A DNA stretch of 64,000 nucleotides from positions 64,001 to 128,000 of the forward strand of contig CAXWPL010000005.1 of assembly GCA_963666215.2 (NCBI GenBank), read 5' to 3'. The position numbers and the translations under genes were made by a program. A model generated the notes under the pieces. The model saw only the letters and a program-made list of their open reading frames with translations, made no database searches and had not been told where the DNA came from. This document shows positions 48,311-58,879 of the stretch, piece by piece. Within the stretch, counting starts at the first letter, position 1; every line of letters begins with the position of its first letter. Source of the stretch: Acidobacteriota bacterium (GTDB lineage: Bacteria > Acidobacteriota > UBA890 > WLXD01).

Positions 48311-49768
48311 ATGGACACGATCAGCGAGAACGACTCGACGATCCTCATCCTGTTGCCCACGAATACCTACCGCGCCACCGACCTCCTGAACGCTGCGGCG
48401 GCAGTGGCGGCCAAGCAGGCGCTGCGGGTCCTCGTGGGCTGCGATCGCCGGCAGGCGCTCGAGGGGGAGACCCCCGAATCGACCGTGACGCTCGCTTTCG
48501 ACGAGCCGGAGATCGCCGCGCGACAGGTCGAGGCCATCCATCGGCGCCGCACAATCGCCGCGATTGTCGGTCTCGATGATGAGACCACGGAGCTGGCCGC
48601 ACTGGCTTCGGGGATGATTGGCCTACGGCACAACTCGGTGGAAGCCGTGCGCATCGCCAACAACAAGCTCGCCTTCCGTCACGCGATGCAGATCGCCGGG
48701 CTGCCCGCACCGCGATTCTGGCCTGTCGACATGGAACGTCTGGAGCCGCTCGATGAATTCGCCCGTCTCCGGATTCCCCACTCTATCGAGGACAATCCCG
48801 ATGTCTTCGACGTGCTCGCGCGCGAGGTCTCTTTCCCGTGCATCGTCAAGCCAACATTCCTCTCGGCGTCACGCGGCGTTATCCGCGCCGACGACACAGC
48901 TTCACTCCGCGCCGCCCTCGCGCGTGTCGGTCGACTTCTCTCAGAAGACTCCGTGGCTAGCGCTTGGCGCCGGCAACACGTGGCGACGGAGGAGTGGAAC
49001 CCGAACCTGCCAGCGGCGCCCGTCATGCTGGAGGAGTACATCGATGGCGAGGAACTGGCGCTCGACGGCCTGCTGAACGGAGGCGACCTCCGTGTTCTCG
49101 CGATTTTCGACAAGCCGGACCCTCTGGAGGGGCCCTTCTTCGAGGAGACGATCTACGTCACGCCCTCGCGTCGCTCCACGGCCGACCAGGAACGGATCGT
49201 TGAAGCGGTCTCCGGCGCTGCCGCCGCGATTGGCCTACGTGAGGGGCCGATTCACGCCGAAGTGAGGGTGGCGCGCAAGGCACCGCACAAGACCGCTCAG
49301 ATCACCGTTCTGGAAGTGGCACCAAGATCGATTGGTGGGCTCTGCTCCCGGATGCTGCGCTTCGCTTCGGGCATGTCACAGGAGGAGTTGATCGTGTCGT
49401 GTGCGCTCGACAACCCGGTCGGCGCACACACGGCAGCGCGCGCCGCGAGCCCGGGGGCAGCGTCGGGCGTCATGATGATTCCGATACCCAACGCGGGGCA
49501 CCTACGCGGTGTGACGGGTCTCGAATCGGCACGCCAATTTCCCGGCGTGGAGGAGATCACCATCTCGATCCGAACGGGTCAACGCGTTCGACCGCTCCCC
49601 GAAGGCAACCGGTACCTCGGCTTCATCTTCGTGCGCGCGAACACTCCAGAGGCTGCGGAGGCGTCACTGCGCCGGGCGCATCGTGCCCTCAGGTTCGACA
49701 TCGAGCCGGATACGGCGACGTCGACGAGCTCAGAGGGGCCGGCGGTTCCTTCACCCGACCGCCGCTGA
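48311..49768 (+). CDS. ATP-grasp domain protein
   Basis: NKLAFR, FPCIVKP, SASRGVIRAD, EEYIDG, FDKPDPLEGPFFEET, HAEVR, EVAPRSIGG. Confidence 0.88.
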   Translation: MDTISENDSTILILLPTNTYRATDLLNAAAAVAAKQALRVLVGCDRRQALEGETPESTVTLAFDEPEIAARQVEAIHRRRTIAAIVGLDDETTELAALASGMIGLRHNSVEAVRIANNKLAFRHAMQIAGLPAPRFWPVDMERLEPLDEFARLRIPHSIEDNPDVFDVLAREVSFPCIVKPTFLSASRGVIRADDTASLRAALARVGRLLSEDSVASAWRRQHVATEEWNPNLPAAPVMLEEYIDGEELALDGLLNGGDLRVLAIFDKPDPLEGPFFEETIYVTPSRRSTADQERIVEAVSGAAAAIGLREGPIHAEVRVARKAPHKTAQITVLEVAPRSIGGLCSRMLRFASGMSQEELIVSCALDNPVGAHTAARAASPGAASGVMMIPIPNAGHLRGVTGLESARQFPGVEEITISIRTGQRVRPLPEGNRYLGFIFVRANTPEAAEASLRRAHRALRFDIEPDTATSTSSEGPAVPSPDRR

Positions 49769-49819
49769 AGAACGGACCGTTTGGCAAGCCCTGGTAACGC
49801 GACAACGCGCGGCTCGAGC

Positions 49820-50509
49820 TTACTTGGCAGAGCTGTAGTAGGGATTGCTGCCGGCGGCGTGGTCGGTGGTGTCGAGCACCTCGACGATTTCGGGGATCTC
49901 CTGCTTGAGAAGCACTTCGATACCCTGGCGCAGTGTCACGTCGACCATGCCGCACCCCTGACAACCGCCCCCGAGCTTGAGGTAGACGCGCCCGTTGTCG
50001 TAGTCGATCAAAGAGACGTTGCCGCCGTGTGAGGCAACGCCGGGGTTGATGCGCTGGTCGAGCAATTCCTGAATCTGCGCCGCAACCGGGTCGTGCATGA
50101 GCGGCGGCCGGTTCGGATTGTCGACGACGAAACCGGCGCCGCGCACATCTTCGACAAAGTCGACCCTGCTGCCCTCCATGTACGCGAGGCTGAAGCGATC
50201 AACGAGGACCTCCAGCTTCTCCTGAGGGATCAGCGCATCGCCGCTATGCGCGTCGTCGAAGGTGAAGCCGTAATCGAACGAGGCCTTGCCCCCCCCCTGG
50301 ATGTAGATTCGCAGGCGCTTGCCGCTGGCCTCTTCGTGCTGCCCAGCAAACTCGCGGACCTTCGCCATCGCCGCCTGCGTCAGCACCACTGGACGATCGT
50401 CGCGGACTTCGGCCTTCACGCCCGCGCTCGCCGGAGCCGAAGACGCCACCGTCCCGGCTCTGTCTCCATGCCCGTTGCTAGCTGCCTGCTGATGGCCTTC
50501 TACCTTCAT
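49820..50509 (-). CDS. nfuA: Fe-S biogenesis protein NfuA (degenerate ATC domain + NifU-C domain)
   Basis: GFVVDNPN, INPGVASHGG, GGGCQGCGM, DTTDHAAGSNPYY. Confidence 0.9.
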   Translation of the reverse strand: MKVEGHQQAASNGHGDRAGTVASSAPASAGVKAEVRDDRPVVLTQAAMAKVREFAGQHEEASGKRLRIYIQGGGKASFDYGFTFDDAHSGDALIPQEKLEVLVDRFSLAYMEGSRVDFVEDVRGAGFVVDNPNRPPLMHDPVAAQIQELLDQRINPGVASHGGNVSLIDYDNGRVYLKLGGGCQGCGMVDVTLRQGIEVLLKQEIPEIVEVLDTTDHAAGSNPYYSSAK

Positions 50510-50684
50510 TGTCTACTCCGTCGCATCATGTCGGTTGGCCGACCGCTGGCCTGAGCCTTGGCTCGTTGGAGTGAATCGTACCAGGCTCCAGTCCCCTCCT
50601 TGGGTCGCGCGAGCGAATGCTGCGATGGCCCTCGATCGGCCGCGCTATTCTTGCCTCGGCCGCCCGACTGGCAATCAGGATTCA

Positions 50685-53163
50685 ATGAGCCCACCTACCC
50701 TACTCGTGAAGCTAGCCGATCGGCTGCACATCCGCCGATCTGAATACCGCGCGTTCACGCTCGCCTGTGTTGGCGCGTTTCTCGTGCTGTCGTACCTGGT
50801 TGCGGCGCGCGCGCTGCGCGAGGCGCTCTACCTCTCGCGCTTCGCGATCGAAACACTGCCCTACATCGTGGTCGCCACCACGGTGATCGGCCTGCCCGCC
50901 GTCGGTCTGTTCACTCGTCTCCTGGCACGGCAAGCCCCAGGCCGGGTTTATCGCAACCTGGCGCTTCTGGTAGCGCTTGGCGTCGCGGTCCTCGGCGGGC
51001 TCGCCGTTGCCGCTGCGCCCGGCACCCCGCGCTCCATCGCGATCGTGCTCTTCTACCCGTGGGCCGCGATCGGAGCGATGCTCCTGTCGTCAGGCTTCTG
51101 GGTGCTCACGGCCGACGCCTTCGCTCTACGGGATGCCAAGCGCCTGTTTGGCTTGATCGGAGCCGGCGGAACCGTTGGCGCGATGGTCACGGGCGCGTCG
51201 ATCAGCTGGATCACCGCCTGGGTTGGACTGCCGGGGCTGGTGAGACTGCTCTTGGCTCTACTCGCCGCCTCGTACGTACTGCAAACCGCGGCCCGCGACA
51301 TCACCGAGTCCGACCCGGCTGTGCCAGGCGCCGAGGCGCCGCGCGCAAGCCTGTCGGACGGCCTCGCAGCGGTTCTGGGTGACCGGCATCTGCGCACCAT
51401 CGCGGCCATCGTGGGCACCGCCACCGTCGCTTCGACACTGCGACTTCCAGTTCAAGGAGATTGCCCGCGCCACCTTTACGTCGGGCGAGTCTCTGGCGGC
51501 GTTCCTGGGCAATTTCTACGGCGTCACGGGGGTGATCGCGCTGCTGCTGCAGATGTTCGTGGCCGGGCGTCTGCTCCGTAGAGGTGGCGTCGCCGGCTCT
51601 CTAGCCGTCTTGCCGCTCGTTCTGATTCTGGGGTCAGCGGCGGTTGTCGCGTTCCCAGGGCTCGCGGTGGCCACCCTGATTCGAGGCGCCGACAACTCGC
51701 TGCGACGCTCGCTACATCGCTCGGTCATCGAGTACCTGTACGTACCCGTGCCGTCGGTTCTACGACGCAAGACGAAGGCGTTCGTCGACTCCGCGGTCGA
51801 CTCCGCCGCCGAGGGCACGGGGGCCGCGATCATCTACGTGCTCGTGACGCTCGCGGGCCTACCGTCGTCGACGCTTTCGATCGGCGTGGCCATCTCGGCG
51901 TTGGCTTTCATGTGCTTCGCACGCGTGATGGGGAGCCAGTATGTGGCCACGCTGTCGAATCGCCTGCAGGAACACGATGCGGACCCAACAGATACTGCGA
52001 GCCGCGACCCGGTCCTCGACACTGCTTTCGGGCACACCGAGCTATTGACATTTACACAGCTCGACCTGTCGCACCTGCTACCAGCGGCGGCGACACCAGT
52101 CGCTGACGAGGATCAGATGTCCGTTCCAAGCGCCGCGGCCAGGCGTGTGGGATTGTCGTCGCCCACGAGAGCCTCGGGAGCCTCGGATTCAGGGCGATCT
52201 GTGACATCTTCCAGCGTGGCCGACATTCGCACGACCCGCGTTCGGCTCGGCCCCAACGCGCCGACCACGGTAAGTGAAGCCGCCTCCACCGACCTCAGTG
52301 CTCTGCTGCGCTCGGCCGATCCTCAAACGCTCCGATACGCTCTGCAACTTCCGCAGGGCTGGCACGAATCGCATGTCCCGCTGCTGTTGCCGATGCTGGC
52401 TCGCGATGAGCTCTACGGCGCCGCCGGCCGCCGACTTGCCGCGCTGGGCGCTGCTGCCCTGCCGACGCTGCGTGACGCGCTCGCGTCCACGACAACCGAT
52501 TTTGTCATCCGCCGACGGCTGCCCGCGATCGTCGCGCACATCCGCACGCCGGATGCATTGGAGGTGCTCATCGATGCGCTGTCGGCCGATCGCTTCGAGG
52601 TGCGTTATCGCGCTGGCCTCGGCCTTGCTCGTGAGCGACGGAATGACCTCGCCGGACTCCACAGCTCCGAAGCGGGCGAGCACATCTGGGAAGCGGTCCG
52701 CCGCGAGCTCGGCCGTGAGCGTCCGGTATGGGAGCTGCAGCGCCTGCTCGATGAGGTCGACGACGCCGACGAGTTCGTTGCCGAGCGCTTGGGTCGACGC
52801 GGCGAGCTCAGCCTGCAGCACACCTTCCGCTTGCTGTCGCTGATGCTCGACACCGAGCCGGTTCTCACTGCCTACCGCAGCATCCTGTCGGGCAACGACG
52901 AAATCGGCAGCATCGCCCTCGAGTATCTCGAACAGGTACTGCCGAAGGACATCGGCACGTTGATCTGGCCCCACATTGATGCCGCACCAGAGGTTCACAA
53001 GACACCGCGCCCCATCGACGACGTAGTCGAGGATCTGCTGCAGACCGGAGCCACGCTTTTTGTCGACATCGCCGAGCACGAGCGCCTGCGCGCCGCGATC
53101 CGGGCAACCTTGCCAAGTCGTGAAGCGCCAGAGACTTCGCGAAAAAAAGACCCCAAGCCCTAG
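50685..53163 (+). pseudogene. Npt1/Npt2-like MFS nucleotide transporter with HEAT-like C-terminus, frameshifted near 51440
   Basis: REALYLS, FWVL, AKRLFGLIGAG. At VASTL the frame changes to DFQFK, then EYLYVP, KAFVD, IRRRLP, ALEYLE. Confidence 0.78.
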
Positions 53164-53209
53164 CCCCACGATCACGAGAGCTCGAGACGAGCGGAAGAGC
53201 GCCAGCCGC

Positions 53210-53959
53210 GTGAGCCCGACCCGACAAAGCCCTTCCGAACTGGCCGCGAATCGCCGACCTCCCGTTCGGCGCGTCAAGCTGTGGTTCGATTTCGTCTCCC
53301 CTTACAGCTACCTGGCGCTCGCCCAGGCCGAGAAGTTCGCCACCCGGCATCATGTCTGCTGGCAGCTGCGTCCGGTTGTGTACGGCGCACTGCTCGACGC
53401 TACCGGACTCGTCGGTCCGGTGGAAAGCGAGGCCAAGCGGCGGTACACCTACGGCGACGTACACCGGTGCGCCGAGCTCCTCACGGTTCCATTGGTGGGA
53501 CCGGCGCAACATCCGTTCCGCTCGCTCGAAGCGCTGCGCACGGTCTGTGTGTTTCTGGATGCCCCTGAGAGCCTGACCCTGGCGCGCCGGCTCGCCGCCG
53601 CCTGCTGGGCGGAAGGCAAGATGCTGACCGACACTGACGTTCTGCGGCGCGCGGTCCAGAGTGTGGGTCTCGACAACTCCGAGCTCGAGACGCGCATCGC
53701 CGAGCCAACAGTAAAAGCGCGCCTGCGTGCCTTCACCGAAGACGCACTTCAGCGCGGGGTGTTCGGTGTACCCACATTCGAATGGTCGGGCGAGCTGTTT
53801 TGGGGCCACGACCGCCTGCCACACCTGGCAGCGCGTCTCGACGGCCGCATCGGATCCGCCGTCGAGGCGGCAGCAGAGATGGCAAGACGTCCGAGCGGCG
53901 TTGATCGCAAGCTCGCGCGCTCGCGGCCGGTGGACCCGACGGCGAGCGCCGACGTCTAG
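53210..53959 (+). CDS. DsbA-family 2-hydroxychromene-2-carboxylate isomerase-like protein
   Basis: WFDFVSPYSYLA, GVFGVPTF, FWGHDRL. Confidence 0.9.
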   Translation: MSPTRQSPSELAANRRPPVRRVKLWFDFVSPYSYLALAQAEKFATRHHVCWQLRPVVYGALLDATGLVGPVESEAKRRYTYGDVHRCAELLTVPLVGPAQHPFRSLEALRTVCVFLDAPESLTLARRLAAACWAEGKMLTDTDVLRRAVQSVGLDNSELETRIAEPTVKARLRAFTEDALQRGVFGVPTFEWSGELFWGHDRLPHLAARLDGRIGSAVEAAAEMARRPSGVDRKLARSRPVDPTASADV

Positions 53960-53993
53960 CTAGAGTCGAGGGGACAGAGAAAATTCCATCCGC

Positions 53994-54764
53994 TCAGCCG
54001 TCGCCGCCATCCGAGGCCGCCGATAGCGCCGCACGCTCGACCTTCTCGAGTAGTGCATCGAGCTCCCGGCGACGACCCACCAGCCCAGCCAGTAGCGCCT
54101 CCTGCTGGCGCGCGAACTCGTCGAACATCAGCTCCATCTTGCGTAGAGGCCCGTGTGCCGCGCGCTGCAGGCCCTCAGCATCTTTGGCGTCAACCAACAG
54201 CGTGACTGCCTCGACGACGCCAACGAGCCCCCCTAGCGCCTCTACGGCGTAGTTGAGAGCGCCACGGACCGCTTCGCTTGCATCGCGCTGTCGAGCAGCC
54301 TGGCCCCTCAGGTGGGCCACCACTTCCTCGTCTCTGGCGGCCAGAGCCGTCATCCGCTCCTCGACAGCCTGTGCCCGCGAAGCGTCGTCGGCACGCGCGG
54401 CAACCAGCTCGGCGGCGAGGATCTCGTAGCGCCGATCGAGAACCTCCAAATGGTCGCGCAGAATCCAGCGCGCCAACCGTGCCAGCCCGAGGCGACCGCC
54501 TGCTGGAGGCCAGTTCACCGACGCCACCCCAGCAACAGGCTGGCGCGCCGTCGCCGCCACCCAGTCGCTTTCGATAAGGGGTTCGGACGCCTGTTGATGC
54601 GACTCGGCCTGGGTAGCAGCGGCCTCCGCCTGATCGGCCAACCGCCGGACTCGCGCGTCGAGCTCGCTGAGGCGCTCGCGAAACTCGGCCTCGGTTGCCT
54701 CGCGCTGCTGACGGAGTCGCGCCGCCGTCTCTTCGAAGCTGGCGGTCGATTCCGGGCCGCTCAT
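53994..54764 (-). CDS. Hypothetical coiled-coil protein
   Basis: Ala/Glu/Arg-rich heptads. Start overlaps the upstream stop (TGATG). Confidence 0.65.
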   Translation of the reverse strand: MSGPESTASFEETAARLRQQREATEAEFRERLSELDARVRRLADQAEAAATQAESHQQASEPLIESDWVAATARQPVAGVASVNWPPAGGRLGLARLARWILRDHLEVLDRRYEILAAELVAARADDASRAQAVEERMTALAARDEEVVAHLRGQAARQRDASEAVRGALNYAVEALGGLVGVVEAVTLLVDAKDAEGLQRAAHGPLRKMELMFDEFARQQEALLAGLVGRRRELDALLEKVERAALSAASDGGDG

Positions 54765-55969
54765 CAGAGCGCCGACGATGTCGACCGGCGCGAGCCCCGG
54801 GCGACCGGTCGCGACCCGGCGGGATCGATCAAGAAGAGGACTACATCCATGACGTTCGTGCGTGTCGGTCCGGTGATGAACAGGTCGTCAATCGATGCGA
54901 AGAAGGTATAGGAGTCGTTGTTGGCGAGAAACCGTTCGGCCACCAATCCCATGGCCGCAGCTCGGGCCACGCTCGCTCCGTCGGCGATCGCACCCGCAGC
55001 GTCGGTTGGGCCATCGGTGCCATCGGTGCCGAACGCGCAGCAGACGATGCCCGCGCTGCCCTGCAACTCGATGGCGGCCGCCAATGCGAGCTCCTGAGCC
55101 CGCCCTCCCTTGCCGGAGCCCGTGCACGTCACTGTGGGCTCACCACCCGCAATCAAACACACCCTCCCCCCCGCGCTGCCGTGTTGGCGTTGCACCTCGA
55201 GAGCCTGTCGCGCGAGCTCGCCCCCTGCCTCTCTGGCCTCCGCGGCGAGCGACATCGTCAGCACGGTGGCCGAATATCCGAGCCGGTTGGCCGCGGCAGC
55301 GGCGGCATCCACGGCCGCCTTGTTGTTTCCCACGATGACGTTGTGAACCCGGGCGAACAGCCCGTCGGTGGACTTCGGCGTCTCGGCAATTTCGCCGGCA
55401 ACACCACGGTCGAGTCGCTCTTTCACCGCAGGCGGAAGCCGTCCGGCCAGGTGGTAACGCCGAACGATGCTGGCGCAATCGGCGTACGTTGTGTCGTCGG
55501 CGGCTACCCGGCGCAGCAGGGCGAGCACGGCCTCGGCACCGGTCACACCGGCAGCGTCGGGTACAGGGTGGCCGGCCTCGTGCAACCGCACCTTGCGAGT
55601 GGGGGCGAGATACCCTCGTTTTACGATGACCTCGCCCGCCGTAATGCGACGATCGATCGCGTCGATTGACTCGACCGCGGCCGACATCGGCGCCCCCGCC
55701 TTTCCCGCACCAACCACCCAAATGCGACCCTGCGGACTCAGATCGACAAGCCTGTCGCCAATCATCAGCGTCAGCGTCGGCTGGCCGTCGCTTGGCGCGC
55801 CATCGGTGCCGACCTCCGGACTCGGCGGCGAATCCCCTGACACGACACGGAGATGTCGACGCACGGCGGCGGCGGGCTCGGCCGCGGCGATGGCCGCGGC
55901 CGCGATCTCGCGCAAGTTGGCGCGACGCCCCAGCAGACCGCACCCGGCAGACTCGCGCGCTTGCCTCAC
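54764..55969 (-). pseudogene. Glycerate kinase type-2 (MOFRL) with an in-frame internal deletion
   Basis: GAGKAG, AGHPVPD, ETPK, GGEPTV, GGRAQE and GTDGTDG are present. ISGGGS, SDV and SGPT are absent at the VAADD/TTYAD junction. Confidence 0.8.
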
Positions 55970-56015
55970 GCTGGCGCCGGTTGAGTACCGCCGCGCACAA
56001 TCCCCGAGCCGCAGC

Positions 56016-56561
56016 TCACGAGTAGGTCAGGACCGCGCGGCTGGTGTAGGAGCCAAGCTTGGCGCGCCCGTGGAGGAACCCGAGCTCAATCAGGAACTGC
56101 AGTCCCACCACAACTCCGCCGAGTTGCTCCACCAGCTCAATCGCTGCGGCCGCGGTGCCTCCAGTGGCCAGCAGGTCGTCGACAATCAACACCCGTTCCC
56201 CCGCCCCGATTGCGTCGACATGCAACTCGAGCGCGTCCTCGCCATACTCCAGGGCGTAGGCCGCACGAACGGTCTCGGAGGGGAGCTTTCCGGGCTTACG
56301 GGCAACCAGCAGGCCGGCGCCAATCTGGTAAGCCATTGGCGCCCCGAAGATGAAACCTCGAGACTCGATCCCGAGGATCTTGTCGGGTGGCTGGCCGAGC
56401 TGAGGCGCGTTCCACGAGCGACTCATCTCGTCGACTGCCAGGCGGAAGGATTTGACATCCTTGAGCAGTGTAGTGATGTCCTTGAACAGGACACCCTCGC
56501 GCGGAAAGTCAGGCACGTCGCGAATCGAGGCGCGCAGACGGTCCTCGATGGAATCACTCAT
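56016..56561 (-). CDS. apt: Adenine phosphoribosyltransferase
   Basis: PDFPREGVLFKDIT, ESRGF, RKPGKLP, YALEYG, VDDLLATGGT. Confidence 0.96.
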   Translation of the reverse strand: MSDSIEDRLRASIRDVPDFPREGVLFKDITTLLKDVKSFRLAVDEMSRSWNAPQLGQPPDKILGIESRGFIFGAPMAYQIGAGLLVARKPGKLPSETVRAAYALEYGEDALELHVDAIGAGERVLIVDDLLATGGTAAAAIELVEQLGGVVVGLQFLIELGFLHGRAKLGSYTSRAVLTYS

Positions 56562-56735
56562 CGTATCGGCTCTTCTTCGTCGCTCTCGGGAGACCAGGTC
56601 GACCGGCGACACACCGGCCGCCGTTCAAAATCTGGCCCCGAACAGCTTGTTGGCTGCCCGGGGCCGATGTGGCCGTTCGCCCGTCGCCCAGCACCGCATG
56701 CAAGCTGGACCGACTCGAAAAAAGGCGCACGTAGG

Positions 56736-56809
56736 TCGGGACGACTGGATTTGAACCAGCGACCCCGCGCTCCCGAAGCGCGTGCGCTACCAAGCTGCGC
56801 TACGTCCCG
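56736..56809 (-). tRNA. tRNA-Pro(CGG)
   Basis: CGGGACG stem, anticodon arm CGCGC-TTCGGGA-GCGCG, GGTTCAAATCC. Confidence 0.95.
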
Positions 56810-57078
56810 AGACCGCCCGACAGTCACCCGCCGAGCGGGCGAAATGTTAGCACGCTGCCTATCGGCACAAATGCGCATACGGAGCGCTGCGCCTCTCGTC
56901 GGCGCGGCCTCTCCGCGTGCTTGCAACCCCCGCCGCGGGACGCGAGAGTAGGCGATCGCCTGCCCTTGACTTCGCTTCCGCTGGAGGATCTCTTGGTGCC
57001 GCACTCGCACCGTCCATCCGCATCACGCCGCGCTATCATGCCGATCTCCGCCAGCCAACCGCGACGGGCGCGGTGAGC

Positions 57079-58089
57079 ATGCACCCCGACTCAGAAACCG
57101 CCAACAACGAATCCGCGAGCCTTCACCTCGCGGTACCGCAAACCCTGATGGGCGGAGTCCTCATGGGCATCGCCAACCTGGTGCCTGGCATCAGCGGCGG
57201 CACCATGTTGCTGGCGGTGGGTGTTTACTCCGACTTCATCGAAGCCGTCGCCGCGCTCACCTCGTTGAGGCCACGCCCGCGACACATCCTGTTCCTCGGG
57301 CTCGTAGGCGCGTCAGCCGGCGGTGGCATTCTGCTGCTGGCTGGTCCGGTCCGAGATCTGGTTGTCGAGCATCGCTGGGCGATGTACAGCGTTTTTGTCG
57401 GGCTGACCCTGGGCGGCGTGCCTCTGTTGTGGCGTCAGGCGCAGCCAGCCGATCGTGCCACCTGGAGCGGCGCGGCGGCCGGCTTGCTCACCATGGTCCT
57501 GCTGGCGTGGCTACAAACATCCGGCGGCCCCGGATCGAGCTCAGGCAGCGGCCCGCTGATGCTGGCATTGGCCGGCGCGGGCGGTGCGGCGTCGATGGTG
57601 CTCCCGGGAATCAGCGGCGGATACGTCCTGCTCGTGTTGGGCCAGTATGTGCCCATTCTCGGAGCGGTGGAACGCTTTCGAGTCGCCGTGGCCGCACGCG
57701 ACCTGGCAGCTGCCGCGATTCCTACAACAACCGTCTTGCTGCCGGTCGCCGTTGGGCTCGTTGTCGGCATCGCGGTCGTATCGAACCTGCTGAGGTATCT
57801 GCTTCGCGCCCGTCGAAACGCCACTTTGGGCTTCCTCCTCGGCCTTCTGGTGGGTGCCGTGGTCGGTCTGTGGCCCTTCCAACAAGGCGTAGCCCCCGCG
57901 CCCGGCGACACGATCCGCGGCAGGTTGGTGACTCCTGCCAACGCCAACAGCATCGATCCTGAAGATTGGCGGGTGGTCACCTTCCGGCCAAGCACCGCAC
58001 AGCTCGGCGGATCTCTCGCCCTCCTTGCGCTGGGCGCGACCACGACGCTGGCGATCGCGCGATTCGGGGAACGCTCAGCGAAGACGTAG
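57079..58089 (+). CDS. DUF368 membrane protein (undecaprenyl-phosphate translocase family)
   Basis: MGIANLVPGISGGT, and a second MVLPGISGG repeat. Confidence 0.9.
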   Translation: MHPDSETANNESASLHLAVPQTLMGGVLMGIANLVPGISGGTMLLAVGVYSDFIEAVAALTSLRPRPRHILFLGLVGASAGGGILLLAGPVRDLVVEHRWAMYSVFVGLTLGGVPLLWRQAQPADRATWSGAAAGLLTMVLLAWLQTSGGPGSSSGSGPLMLALAGAGGAASMVLPGISGGYVLLVLGQYVPILGAVERFRVAVAARDLAAAAIPTTTVLLPVAVGLVVGIAVVSNLLRYLLRARRNATLGFLLGLLVGAVVGLWPFQQGVAPAPGDTIRGRLVTPANANSIDPEDWRVVTFRPSTAQLGGSLALLALGATTTLAIARFGERSAKT

Positions 58090-58292
58090 GGCCGGGCGCA
58101 AACGCTGACGTAGAGCTCGCCGGTCGTCGAGCCGCGGCCGAAGGGGCGAGTCGGAGACCCGCGCAGAAGAGCCAGGCCAGTGTGGCGACAAGGACGACGG
58201 GTCGGACCGAATGGACAGGTCAGACGGGGCGGATGCCGAACGAGGCGTCGGGCCGGCGGGGGTTGAAATGCGATCCGGCAAGTAAATCAAGG

Positions 58293-58366
58293 TCGGGACG
58301 ACTGGATTTGAACCAGCGACTCCTGGTCCCCCAGACCAGTGCGCTACCAGGCTGCGCCACGTCCCG
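58293..58366 (-). tRNA. tRNA-Pro(GGG)
   Basis: CGGGACG stem, anticodon arm CTGGT-CTGGGGG-ACCAG, GGTTCAAATCC. Confidence 0.95.
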
Positions 58367-58450
58367 ACCCAATGGTGTTTGCTACGTGCCACTGTCGCCG
58401 ACGAGCGCGACTAGCGCAATCACCTTCACGCTCGCCGCGAGTGAAGAGGG

Positions 58451-58879
58451 CTAGTCAGTATCGTCATTCGCCCGCATGAGGGTCAAGATCGAGCCGATCT
58501 CCTGACGCACGCGGCCTAGCATCTCGGTGGTCTGCTGGTGGTCGTGACTGACTCCAGCGAGGGACTCCGGAGGGCCAGGCAGCGGAACCCGGGTGTCCAT
58601 CGGGTCTGTCGGAGATTGCCCACCCGCCTCCAGGCGCCGACGCGCACCGACGATGGTGTAGCCCTGTTCATGCAGCAGCTCTTTGATGGTCCGGATCAAC
58701 TCGATGTCGGCGGGCCGGTAGCGCCGCTGACCACCCTGAGTCTTTTGTGGGGCGAGCACCGAGAATTCCGTCTCCCAGTAGCGCACGACGTGAGACTCGA
58801 GCCCTGTCAGGGCGGCAACCTCGCCGACCTTGTAGAAGCCCTTGGCGTAGGCGAGCTGCGGACGAACGGGGTCGCTCAT
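58451..58879 (-). CDS. MerR-family transcriptional regulator
   Basis: YKVGEVA, HVVRYWETEF, GQRRY, LLHEQGYTI. Confidence 0.9.
   Translation of the reverse strand: MSDPVRPQLAYAKGFYKVGEVAALTGLESHVVRYWETEFSVLAPQKTQGGQRRYRPADIELIRTIKELLHEQGYTIVGARRRLEAGGQSPTDPMDTRVPLPGPPESLAGVSHDHQQTTEMLGRVRQEIGSILTLMRANDDTD

Noticed and set aside
49820-50509. Missing cysteines in the N-terminal HesB-like domain
   Set aside because: A degenerate ATC domain is normal for NfuA, and the CxxC motif is intact.
56733-58366. Direct repeat of about 31 bp (AGGTCGGGACGACTGGATTTGAACCAGCGAC) flanking DUF368, resembling attL/attR
   Set aside because: Both copies belong to complete tRNA-Pro genes with different anticodons, and there is no integrase between them.
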